IMG/VR virus record: IMGVR_UViG_3300035698_019747
Span: 1-64,000 of that record
Strand: one strand, 5' to 3'
DNA: 64,000 nt
Source: a virus
This document shows, piece after piece, positions 8,933 to 18,328 of the stretch. The notes below the pieces were generated by a model that saw only the letters and a program-made list of their open reading frames with translations, made no database searches and had not been told where the DNA came from. The stretch's first letter is position 1; every line of letters begins with the position of its first letter. The translations under genes were made by a program, and so were the position numbers.

Positions 8933-11239
8933 TTATAATGCACATGCACCACCTTCACAATTATCTTCATCCATATCAATAATGATATCCTTATCATTAT
9001 TATCAGTATTCTCTTGTTCCTTCATACTCTTAGAGTTATCTAATGAGTTTGAGTAATAAAGTTGTTTCCCCCCATATTTATAAAATTCTAAAATATCATT
9101 TACAACGATACTTAATGGTAATATACTATCATCATAACCCCTCTTATCGTAATAGTGATTTACTGATATCCCCTGATCAATCCACTTCTGCATAACACTA
9201 ACAACCTTATTCATATGTGTGTTGTCAAATGTGAATGCTAATTGGTATTTATTTCTCAATTTTTGTATCTCTGGTACTACTAATGGCAGTGGCTCATTTG
9301 CCTTAGACGATTTAATTGTAATGAGTGATTTAATTGGTTCAATACCATTAGTAGAATTAGTAACTAGTGACGAACTCTCACATGGCATAAGTGCCATTAC
9401 GGTGGAATTTCGCATACCATACTTCATAACATCTTTTTTCAATCCCTCCCAATCTAAAGAATGTTTTCTATTTTGAGTTAGTTTATCAATATGTTTGTTA
9501 TAATTAAATACAGGTAAAATTCCTAATGAATATTTAGTTCTATCAAACCACTCACATGCACCTCTTTCCTTAGCTAGTTCCATACTAGCCTCAATTAGAC
9601 TGAACGAAATATGTTCGAACAATTCATCTACTCTAACTAATGTTTCTGGATCATCGTATGTTAGGTCATTTTTAGCTAACCAATAAGCAAAGTTTGTAAC
9701 ACCAACACCAACACTTCTTCTTTTGACCATTTTCTTTGCTGCCTCAACTATATAATCTTGTATATCAATAACTCTATCTAGAGTTCGTATAATATGTTTA
9801 GCAATTTTAGGTATATCAGAAAGGTTCTTAATCTTACCCAAGTTAAACGCTGCTAATACACAAAGTGCGATTTCACCCTCTGTATCATCAATTGACTTTA
9901 ATGGTGTAGTTGGTAATGTAATTTCAGTACAAAGATTTGATTGTCTAATAGCATCTAAGAATGAAGAATAAGTATTAGCGTTATCTATATTTTGAATATA
10001 AATTCTACCAGTTTCAACTCTTTCTTTAGCAATATGTGACATTAAATCTCTAGCATTAATAGTTTCTTTTTCAATACTTGGATCATTTTCATATTCCACA
10101 TATAATTTTTCAAAAACCTCTATTGGTTCAGCAGAAAAGGCATCATATAAATCAGCTACATCATTTAGTTGAAAAAGCGTAATGTTTTCATTTTTAATAA
10201 ATCTATTATAAAATAGTCTATTCAATTGGATAGCATGATCCATTCTACGAGCAGAGTTTATATCATTATTAGCATTATTTTTCAGAGTAACAATGTCCTC
10301 AATTTCGATATGGAAGAATGGATAAAATGCAGTAGCTGATCCCTTTCTAATACCACCCTGTGAGCAACTGTTAACAGTCGTTTCAATTGTTTTAATAAAT
10401 GGAATGACACCTGTGTGGACCTTTTCGCCATTATTAACTGATGCACCAACACCACGAATTCCTATATTAACCCCGATACCTGCTTTATTAGCTACATATC
10501 TCATAATAGCATGATTACCCGCTGCAATCGATTCTAAGCTATCCCCAATATTAATTAGTGTGCAGCTAGAGAACTGCTTATTAGGGGTTCTTATACCCGC
10601 TATAACAGGCGTAGAAAGAGATATAAATCTGTTAGAAAGAAGGTCATAATGTTCTTTGATCATTTTAAGTCGCTCTCTCTTATCGTCTACATCAGAATAA
10701 ATTGCCATAGATATTAACATAAAAGCAAATTGGGGGGTTTCGTAATACTGCCCTGTGTATCTATCTCTAACAAGATACTTATCAATTAATTGTTGAATTC
10801 CAGCATATGTAAATTCTTCATCTCTATCATGTTTGATATAACTCTCAATTTTCTCAATTTCTACTTTAGTATAATTTATGAGAAACCCATCCTCATAAAC
10901 ACCACGTTCAATGTTATTAGAAATAAGATCAAAAAATCTAGGAAAGCTATCATATGTATTAAATACTTCTTTTCTAAGTAAATAGTTTACTAACTTAGAA
11001 CCCACATACTGGTAATTAGGAGTTTCTACTGTAATAAGCTCAGAAGTTGATTTAATTAATATTTTATGTATATCTTTAGTGCTTACACCATCTTCAATTT
11101 TAAGTTCAGCATTCATTGCTATATCTGATGCATTAACACCATTAATACCTTCTGTTGCCCAAAGTAAAACTTTATTTACTTTTTCATAATTAAGGAGTTC
11201 TTTACTTCCATCTCTTTTTACTACAAAAATTTCGTTCAT
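8933..11239 (-). CDS. nrdA: class Ia ribonucleotide reductase alpha subunit with ATP-cone
   Basis: VVKRDG ATP-cone, QFSSC, SNLCTEI, KQLYY, C-terminal CEGGAC. Confidence 0.97.
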   Translation of the reverse strand: MNEIFVVKRDGSKELLNYEKVNKVLLWATEGINGVNASDIAMNAELKIEDGVSTKDIHKILIKSTSELITVETPNYQYVGSKLVNYLLRKEVFNTYDSFPRFFDLISNNIERGVYEDGFLINYTKVEIEKIESYIKHDRDEEFTYAGIQQLIDKYLVRDRYTGQYYETPQFAFMLISMAIYSDVDDKRERLKMIKEHYDLLSNRFISLSTPVIAGIRTPNKQFSSCTLINIGDSLESIAAGNHAIMRYVANKAGIGVNIGIRGVGASVNNGEKVHTGVIPFIKTIETTVNSCSQGGIRKGSATAFYPFFHIEIEDIVTLKNNANNDINSARRMDHAIQLNRLFYNRFIKNENITLFQLNDVADLYDAFSAEPIEVFEKLYVEYENDPSIEKETINARDLMSHIAKERVETGRIYIQNIDNANTYSSFLDAIRQSNLCTEITLPTTPLKSIDDTEGEIALCVLAAFNLGKIKNLSDIPKIAKHIIRTLDRVIDIQDYIVEAAKKMVKRRSVGVGVTNFAYWLAKNDLTYDDPETLVRVDELFEHISFSLIEASMELAKERGACEWFDRTKYSLGILPVFNYNKHIDKLTQNRKHSLDWEGLKKDVMKYGMRNSTVMALMPCESSSLVTNSTNGIEPIKSLITIKSSKANEPLPLVVPEIQKLRNKYQLAFTFDNTHMNKVVSVMQKWIDQGISVNHYYDKRGYDDSILPLSIVVNDILEFYKYGGKQLYYSNSLDNSKSMKEQENTDNNDKDIIIDMDEDNCEGGACAL

Positions 11240-11337
11240 TTTATTTATTATTTTTTAATTAGGTACTAGTATATAGTCATGTTTTTTTTTATAAAAAAAC
11301 TTATCAAAAACGATAAAATGACTTTGGAAATTATATA

Positions 11338-12066
11338 CTAAAGAAAATCTATATTGTTTAATTTATTCAGGTTATATTTGAATTTTCTATTATTTAGAAT
11401 CTTTGTCACTTCACTGATATCAATTAAATAAATATTTTCAAAGCTATCCACTTTAAAAATTTTATCATCCACATCATAATCAAGGATAATCCCAGTTATT
11501 AATTTTTCTTCTTCTTCTATTTCATCTAAGACAGAAAATTCTATCTCAGAACCATTAGATAAATTCTTAACATTAATATCAGTTGATTCTTCTGGGACTT
11601 TACCAATAAAATCCTGTAACTCTTTTAGAATAATATTTCTCCACTGGTTATCTAATAATTGGAATATTGGGAATAGGTTATCAGAGAAATAATACGCTAA
11701 TTCTGTAATTATCTCTGAATTACTAAACCCATGTTCTTGGAGTTCATTTTTTAATAATATAAAATAATTATTCAAATCTATTTTTGATGGTTTTCGCCTA
11801 GGTGCACTAAAGTCTATATCAGTTTTTTGTTCTAATACTTCAAATACTTTAATAGTGACCTTTAATTCCCTTTCCTTTTCACCACTTCTATAAACACTAT
11901 CATAAGCAGCAGATGATGGATCGTAGTTAAAATTATCTTGTGTGGGTGATATATACCCCCCCCTATCTTCCTCTTCTGTTATCACTTCTCTCTTTCCCTT
12001 GAAAAAGACATCATAACCTAAACTATGTTTACCTGTTTGCTGGTGTTTAGATATTTTCTTTGCCAT
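11338..12066 (-). CDS. hypothetical protein
   Basis: 242-aa ORF. Confidence 0.8.
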   Translation of the reverse strand: MAKKISKHQQTGKHSLGYDVFFKGKREVITEEEDRGGYISPTQDNFNYDPSSAAYDSVYRSGEKERELKVTIKVFEVLEQKTDIDFSAPRRKPSKIDLNNYFILLKNELQEHGFSNSEIITELAYYFSDNLFPIFQLLDNQWRNIILKELQDFIGKVPEESTDINVKNLSNGSEIEFSVLDEIEEEEKLITGIILDYDVDDKIFKVDSFENIYLIDISEVTKILNNRKFKYNLNKLNNIDFL

Positions 12067-12857
12067 ATAAATTATTCTTTTTAATTATACTATTTTTTTT
12101 ATTAAATGTTTATAATATATATAATAGTATGAATAACATATTTAGAAAAATATTTAGTAATGATAAGATTATAGTAAATAACTATTATTTACCATCTAGA
12201 GGACTGTTTTACCCCATCGATTTAGAAATATGCTTAGAAAGGGCGAGTATTGAAAATAAAATTAAATATAACTATAGTGTGAATAATACGGACATAGAAA
12301 ACCTAATACCAACAGTAACGGAGATACTGGAAGAGTATATTAATTTTAATGAAAAATGGTTTAAATTTGATATGATAATATCAATAGATATATTGTTTTT
12401 GTTTATAGAACTTATTAAACACTCTGATAGAAAGAAGGTATTTTTTGATGAAATGGAATTCGATAAAGACACCTTTAATTATTTCAATTATAATCAGTTT
12501 GATGCTATATATGATGATAATAAGAGAGTGTATATATTTGATGAATGGGAATTTAAACTACCATCCATTGGAATATATAAAAGCTTGCTTAATTTCCAGT
12601 TCTTATCTAAAGCTAGGGGGGAAGAACACCTCTTAAATGAGGATGTTAGTTTAATATATTTTTTGAAAAATGAATTCTTGTTAAATTATAAACAAATAGT
12701 TAACCTAATAGAGTGTTATAAAGACCTTGAAATTAATGAGCGTAACTTATTATCTAATAAATCTAATATATTTAGTTCCTCATCCATATATGAAATAACA
12801 GATGGTTTTAGAAAGGTTGTGATAGAACCCAATATGTTTCTTGATATATGGGTATAA
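12060..12857 (+). CDS. baseplate hub (T4 gp26-like) related protein; probable start at 12129
   Basis: LPSRGLFYP motif and D..FL..pattern resembling 14237..15154. Confidence 0.5.
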   Translation: MPYKLFFLIILFFLLNVYNIYNSMNNIFRKIFSNDKIIVNNYYLPSRGLFYPIDLEICLERASIENKIKYNYSVNNTDIENLIPTVTEILEEYINFNEKWFKFDMIISIDILFLFIELIKHSDRKKVFFDEMEFDKDTFNYFNYNQFDAIYDDNKRVYIFDEWEFKLPSIGIYKSLLNFQFLSKARGEEHLLNEDVSLIYFLKNEFLLNYKQIVNLIECYKDLEINERNLLSNKSNIFSSSSIYEITDGFRKVVIEPNMFLDIWV

Positions 12858-12867
12858 TAGACAATAT

Positions 12868-13128
12868 TTATCTAAACATTTCTTTAAATGTAGTTCTAAT
12901 TTGTTTTATTAAAACATTAAAAACTAGTATGAACAGTTCATATATAACTATCCCATAAAAAGTATACCAGATATATTCCTCATATCCTATCACCTGAGGA
13001 AACCTTTCGGTAATATCGGGCATAGAGAATGTTAGAATATACCATTCAATAACTATTAACATCCCAAATGATGCAATGAATAAAAGTATGGCTAAAATTG
13101 TCCTTGTTATGAAGGCAAGTGTTCTCAT
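12868..13128 (-). CDS. small two-TM membrane protein
   Basis: Two hydrophobic segments; TACATTTG box upstream (13143-13150). Confidence 0.7.
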   Translation of the reverse strand: MRTLAFITRTILAILLFIASFGMLIVIEWYILTFSMPDITERFPQVIGYEEYIWYTFYGIVIYELFILVFNVLIKQIRTTFKEMFR

Positions 13129-13202
13129 AATTAAAATTTTTACAAATGTACAATATAAAGGGGGAATTTATAAAAAATATATAGACTAAATAAATATATT
13201 TT

Positions 13203-13409
13203 ATGAAAGCGAAAGTAAAAGATTTTAAAGCTTATTTAGAATCAATGAAATCTAACAGTAATACTAAGAGTTATGATGAGCTTGATTTAGATAATCCAGA
13301 AAAGGCTGATTTAGACCAAGATGGTAAACTATCTGATTATGAATACAAGCGAGCAAAAAGTATTGAGAAATCAGAATCAGAATCAGAAGAAGAGCGAGAT
13401 TGTGAATAA
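13203..13409 (+). CDS. small acidic protein with EF-hand-like DxDxDG loop, putative internal virion protein
   Basis: DLDQDGKLSDYE; N-terminal VKDFKAYLE. Confidence 0.65.
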   Translation: MKAKVKDFKAYLESMKSNSNTKSYDELDLDNPEKADLDQDGKLSDYEYKRAKSIEKSESESEEERDCE

Positions 13410-13490
13410 AACCTTGATAAAGAGGGGTTGGTGATATTTGATTTTTAATATATAATATATAAAGAAAGAAATAAAAAATAATTAATAAAA

Positions 13491-14126
13491 ATGCCTTTAC
13501 CACATTTTAGCCAAGTACAGAGTCATGGTACTACCCATCCGAATACAAGTCAAATATTTGAACCAGTATACCCATCTCTATTTGAGATAACATTTGTCTT
13601 ACCAACATTAGTTCAAAATCAAGGTAGGAATCCTTTGTTATTATTAGAAAATACAGTTGGTATTGATGGTATCGCAGTACATAAAGATTTACAAAGCGCA
13701 AAACAACGTTTTAAATATTCCACAAGATTATTTTTAACAATGCCTGATGACACATCCCTTGAAAGTGTTGATATTGATTTTAATGTAAACGTAGGAAACG
13801 CAGGTGATGTTTTCAACTACAATGCATTAAGAAGTTGGTATGATCTTGCATGGAACTCTCAAAACGGTAGTTTGCACTATAAAAGAGATATGGTTGGTAC
13901 TATAATAGTTAACCACCACGATAGGAAAGGATTTGTTGTTCGTAGAATAACATTACATAATTGTCAAATGAAAAATATTACAGGATTCTATGATAGTGTG
14001 AGCTGGGACGATACTACAAGTATTGTTGAAAAAGTAAAAGGTAGTTTTGTTGTTGATTACTGGACTGATGAAAGAGTTGACCTTGATAGCTCATTGGCTA
14101 ACGACCCTATTAATCTTTACAACTAA
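13491..14126 (+). CDS. tail tube protein (T4 gp19-like)
   Basis: LRSWYDL..N..NG...YKRD..G, G.VVRRITL.NC, V.DYW pattern typical of myophage tube proteins. Confidence 0.75.
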   Translation: MPLPHFSQVQSHGTTHPNTSQIFEPVYPSLFEITFVLPTLVQNQGRNPLLLLENTVGIDGIAVHKDLQSAKQRFKYSTRLFLTMPDDTSLESVDIDFNVNVGNAGDVFNYNALRSWYDLAWNSQNGSLHYKRDMVGTIIVNHHDRKGFVVRRITLHNCQMKNITGFYDSVSWDDTTSIVEKVKGSFVVDYWTDERVDLDSSLANDPINLYN

Positions 14127-14151
14127 TATACATATACATATAATATTTTTT

Positions 14152-14185
14152 AAAACCTCCTTAAGTTTATTTAAGGAGGTTTTTT
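14152..14185 (+). terminator. intrinsic terminator after tail tube gene
   Basis: AAAACCTCCTTAA...TTAAGGAGGTTTTTT. Confidence 0.85.
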
Positions 14186-14236
14186 AATAGGAACAAAGAA
14201 TTAAAAACTATATACATCAAATTAAAAATATTAAAC

Positions 14237-15154
14237 ATGAGTGCAACAGCTAGTAATTCAGATGATTATCTGAGAAAATATATAGATTCAAAGGATGATA
14301 TTGATAACAATACAGGTCTTAAATCATCTTTAACAGAACAACATAAAGAATTTTCTTCTGTTAAAGACTTACAGTTTATGGCTATAAATGTAGAGGAATT
14401 ACCATGTAAATGGTTCTACGCTGCGGGAACAACTGTTATGGTCAGACCTGCTGATATAAAAGAAATCCAAGCTTTTAGTGTAGTTAATGAAACAAATTTT
14501 TATGATATATTTGAAAAAGTTAACTATATGATATCTAAATGTGTATTTCTAAAATTACCAGATGGTAGAAAAGTACCACATACTCATTTAGTAGATGGTG
14601 ATAGGTGGTACATGTTATTTATAATTAGAGACCTAACTTTTCAGAAAGGTACTGAACTAATGACAAAGGCTGATGATTCAGGTGATATGATTCCAATTAA
14701 AAGAGGTAATTTCAGATTCCATGAAATGGAACCCACACTAGAAAAGTATTATGATAAAGTTAATGGTGTGTTTGATATAAAAACTAAAATAGGTGATTTC
14801 ACCCTAGCCCCACCTAAAATTGGTCTACAAAAATCATTCACAGATTATATGTTAGAGATAGCAAAGAAAGGAGAAACTATTGATAAAAGTTTTCTTAAAA
14901 TAATACCATACACACTAACAGATAGGTTAAGTATAACCAAGCAAGGAATAGAAAAATATTTAAAAGAATACGAAATTATAGGTAAACCAGAATTTCAGGT
15001 ACTTAACCAATTAGTTGAAAAGATGAAATTTGGTATAAAAAGTGTGAGCATAATAAACGAGAGTGGTGAGGAGGTCCACTCCACCAATATGTTTCCCGAT
15101 GGGATTGCAGGATTATTCGTGGAACATGATACCCTTTCTGATTACCTTATATAA
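14237..15154 (+). CDS. baseplate hub / tail assembly protein (gp26-like)
   Basis: ELPCKWFY, VRP..IKE, LVDGDRWYMLFIIRDLTF; follows the tube gene. Confidence 0.55.
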   Translation: MSATASNSDDYLRKYIDSKDDIDNNTGLKSSLTEQHKEFSSVKDLQFMAINVEELPCKWFYAAGTTVMVRPADIKEIQAFSVVNETNFYDIFEKVNYMISKCVFLKLPDGRKVPHTHLVDGDRWYMLFIIRDLTFQKGTELMTKADDSGDMIPIKRGNFRFHEMEPTLEKYYDKVNGVFDIKTKIGDFTLAPPKIGLQKSFTDYMLEIAKKGETIDKSFLKIIPYTLTDRLSITKQGIEKYLKEYEIIGKPEFQVLNQLVEKMKFGIKSVSIINESGEEVHSTNMFPDGIAGLFVEHDTLSDYLI

Positions 15155-15461
15155 AGAAGATTATACCGAAGAGGTTAAATTTCTAAAAAAGTTCTTTTCA
15201 TTATTTATGGTAGATCAACGCAATCTAGATACTAATATACTTAGGTTGAGTGATAGGTTTTCAGGACTCAGCGTTGAAAAAATAGAGAACTTACCTTTTT
15301 GGCGTTATGAGCAATTCATAGATATAGCTAATGAGTTAGCCAAAGAAGATAAAGCTAGACAAGAAGAACAGAAACCAGAAAAATCTCCACAAATGCCCAA
15401 TACAAATAGTATGTTAAGTAAAATGGGGAATATGGCAAATAAGTTTAAGAGTGGTCGTTAA
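15126..15461 (+). CDS. small tail/baseplate assembly protein (gp51-like); start uncertain
   Basis: IENLPFWRYEQFI motif resembling gp51 or chaperone C-terminal parts; overlaps the upstream gene. Confidence 0.5.
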   Translation: MIPFLITLYKEDYTEEVKFLKKFFSLFMVDQRNLDTNILRLSDRFSGLSVEKIENLPFWRYEQFIDIANELAKEDKARQEEQKPEKSPQMPNTNSMLSKMGNMANKFKSGR

Positions 15462-15843
15462 TATAATTAATCATAAACTCAATTGAATTTGATGTTAATT
15501 TATCAAAAATTATAGCTTCTTCTGAGTTTTGTTTACATTTTATTTGGTAGTCTTGATGTAATTGATTAATTTCGTCCTCGTGTAACATTTTCCCATTAAC
15601 GGGGTCAAATAATACACTTGGGAACTTAAGTGATCCGTTTGGTTTTGGCATTATATTGGGATCACCATCACCCTTTTCACCGAAATTATTACGAACACTT
15701 TTAGAAGTATTACCATAGTTAACACCCCAATTGCCAACATGAGCACCCTGACCATAACCAGGTGAATTAACACCACCCGATGAGGCTGGACTTTGATGAT
15801 TAAGTTCATTAAACTTTTTAAATGATTTTAAAATTTTAAACAT
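15445..15843 (-). CDS. hypothetical protein, putative internal virion protein
   Basis: N-terminal LKSFKKFNE and TAATATATA upstream. Confidence 0.7.
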   Translation of the reverse strand: MFKILKSFKKFNELNHQSPASSGGVNSPGYGQGAHVGNWGVNYGNTSKSVRNNFGEKGDGDPNIMPKPNGSLKFPSVLFDPVNGKMLHEDEINQLHQDYQIKCKQNSEEAIIFDKLTSNSIEFMINYINDHS

Positions 15844-15862
15844 ACTATATATATTAAAAAAT

Positions 15863-16126
15863 ATGATTGTAAATGATATTATGCCTGACTGTGAAAGTAA
15901 TCAGGATTCAGACAAAGCGAGAAGTTTTATATACCACTTAAAGGGTGTATTAGATAATTATGCAATGAGTGAGGGGATGACATGCATGAAAATAACAGAG
16001 AAAGATACTATTGTTAGTATATTAAAAGCTATGACGAAAAGATATGAAAATGGTACGTATACAGATGAAGATATAACTCTTAAAGAAAGACAAGAAAATA
16101 TAGATAAAATTATATTAAATAAATAA
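15863..16126 (+). CDS. hypothetical protein with C-terminal RQENIDKII motif
   Basis: 87-aa ORF. Confidence 0.7.
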   Translation: MIVNDIMPDCESNQDSDKARSFIYHLKGVLDNYAMSEGMTCMKITEKDTIVSILKAMTKRYENGTYTDEDITLKERQENIDKIILNK

Positions 16127-16134
16127 GACACATT

Positions 16135-16521
16135 ATGAATTACAAAGAAAAAAAATATATATTATACATAAATCCTAAGAAGTCTGAGAAGCTTTCAGAA
16201 CCAATTGTTGATGATTTAACAATCCTTATGAATAAAGCTATTAGCGAGTCTAAAAAGGGTATTATGCGTGATGATGGAAGGGCATTTAATATTGGTGAAA
16301 GTTTTAAAGAGGTACATATAAGTGATGATGGGGAAGTATCAACAAATTATGATTTATTACTTAAAAATGGAATGGTTACGAACAGCTTAGCTATACACTA
16401 TTTAAAATGGTACAGAAACTCTATACCAGATGTGGATTTCAATAAACTCTTATTACTGAGACATTTTTATAATAATAACGATAGTAAAAAGTGTAAGTGC
16501 ACAGAGTGTAAATGTAAGTAA
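16135..16521 (+). CDS. hypothetical protein with Cys-rich C-terminus
   Basis: 128 aa, ends CKCTECKCK. Confidence 0.7.
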   Translation: MNYKEKKYILYINPKKSEKLSEPIVDDLTILMNKAISESKKGIMRDDGRAFNIGESFKEVHISDDGEVSTNYDLLLKNGMVTNSLAIHYLKWYRNSIPDVDFNKLLLLRHFYNNNDSKKCKCTECKCK

Positions 16522-16523
16522 TA

Positions 16524-17108
16524 CTATTTATTTACATTTACTCCCTTAATGATATCATCTATTGCATTTCTACCATAATTGTTTAACTGCCTTGTACCAA
16601 TCCCCGCGAAATTATTTGATAATATATTAGCACTTTCTATTTCTATAAATCCGAAGGCATCTTTATATACATACCACTTATTTTCTTCTTGGTCAAATAC
16701 ATTAACTATTTTATTATTCATTATACCCATAGAAACCGCATATCCCGTCCCACCACTTACTATCCCCTTTACTTTATCCTTTATAGTAGAAATGGCTATA
16801 ATTTGACCCGAATACTTCACTTGTGACCAGTTTCTTGCCGTTAAATTGACATATTTGGGACTAAACCTTCTACCAAGCATTTTTGATGCAATTTTAACTT
16901 TTTCAATCCCCTCTAAATAATCTTCGTTAGATATCTCAACTTTATTAACTGAATTATGATAATCAGTTTTATAACTATATGCTTTACAACAACCCCCGTG
17001 CAATATTATCTTATTTTCCCAATATATATCAGAACCAATTGCACCACCACTATGACAAACTAAATTTTTAATATCTGGTATAAACACCTCATCAAATAAC
17101 CCTCTCAT
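16524..17108 (-). CDS. SLOG-fold (YspA/DprA-like) nucleotide-binding protein
   Basis: HSGGAIGSD, ARN, SGGTGYAV, AGIGTR. Confidence 0.7.
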   Translation of the reverse strand: MRGLFDEVFIPDIKNLVCHSGGAIGSDIYWENKIILHGGCCKAYSYKTDYHNSVNKVEISNEDYLEGIEKVKIASKMLGRRFSPKYVNLTARNWSQVKYSGQIIAISTIKDKVKGIVSGGTGYAVSMGIMNNKIVNVFDQEENKWYVYKDAFGFIEIESANILSNNFAGIGTRQLNNYGRNAIDDIIKGVNVNK

Positions 17109-17113
17109 AATTA

Positions 17114-17557
17114 CTATTTATTAATTGATTCAAAGTGTCTGCGTACTAAAAAGTTTTTAATAATACTAGCAACCATAAATGTTAGTGTTATGCCACCTAT
17201 ATTCAACATCGGCACATTTATATTAAAGTATGGATATATCCACACACTTGACCAAAAGCTTAATACTGTACCGAATATTGTCTGAAACCCACTCTCTAAT
17301 AAAGATTGATATCTATTTTGTATAGAATCCAAGAAAAATTTTGGATTATTATGTAAATAGTTAAATACTCTTCTTATCACAAAATTTTTAATTAGCCCAA
17401 TAAATAAAAATATAAGGGTTATGCCTAGGATATTCTGAGTACTAGTATATACACCAAATAATGGGAATATTATAAATGATAATGTGAAGCCTATCAATGT
17501 CCCAAATAAGGTAACTGTTAGGCTCTCTATTATAGATTTTTTAGTTGTTTGTGACAT
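17114..17557 (-). CDS. membrane protein built from an internal tandem duplication
   Basis: Two copies of S..ES...T.FGT...F.....P.F...N..GITL.F.....KNF..RR.F. Confidence 0.75.
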   Translation of the reverse strand: MSQTTKKSIIESLTVTLFGTLIGFTLSFIIFPLFGVYTSTQNILGITLIFLFIGLIKNFVIRRVFNYLHNNPKFFLDSIQNRYQSLLESGFQTIFGTVLSFWSSVWIYPYFNINVPMLNIGGITLTFMVASIIKNFLVRRHFESINK

Positions 17558-17775
17558 ATATAATATAAATTAATTAGTAAAAATCATATTGATAAATTTA
17601 TAAAAAGTTTATAAAAATATTTCACGAATTGATATTTTAACCAGAACCACCCACCCGTAGTTTTTTAATAATATCTATATCTAAAATAATAACACCCCTA
17701 TCAGTTGGATATTCTTCCACTTTATTTAAATATCCACCTTTTTTGCCTTAATATGTTTATTTATTTTTCTCATTT

Positions 17776-18318
17776 TTATATGGGGTACTTTATTATATAA
17801 TTTATAAAAATACCGATACGCGAGTCATTTAAATCAGTAATATAATTATCTAGATACATAACATATTTACCTAGATTTTTTATTTCTTTATATATTCTTT
17901 CCTCAAATTCTTCGTCATCTAAATTAATACCAATAGGATTATCCACTACAGGTAAATTAAGACCATTGAGTATATTTTTGAAATTTCTGAAATGCATAGA
18001 CTTAGATGTGACCAGTCTTTTTTTTTCTATTAGCAGCGGTAGAAAATTCATCAAATGGTTCTGGCACATAACCACCTCGTATTAATTTATCAGTATCAAA
18101 TACAATTCTTTTATCACTATAATATGTTAGGTTAGAACTCCTTGTTAATGATATTGATTTAATTGCTTTAGAATATGACCTGAGATTTTTATCCATACAA
18201 GAAGGTGTATTTAGTTTAAATAAATCATCTTTTATTATAGAATAAATATTGACAAGGACACATATAATGGTGCTTTTGGCCCACCAAGGTAAGATTCATA
18301 GGTTTTTATGTGTTCCAT
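17776..18318 (-). pseudogene. frameshifted gene in three pieces, ADP-ribosyltransferase-like
   Basis: MEHIKTYESYLGGPKAPLY (start 18318) / ...KSISLTRS... / ...EEFEERI... lie in successive frames; TAATATATA upstream. Confidence 0.6.
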
Positions 18319-18328
18319 ATGTTATATA

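Noticed and set aside
7819-11239. Introns or inteins in nrdA/nrdB (also checked thyA)
   Set aside because: The ORFs are continuous, of normal length and lack splice motifs.
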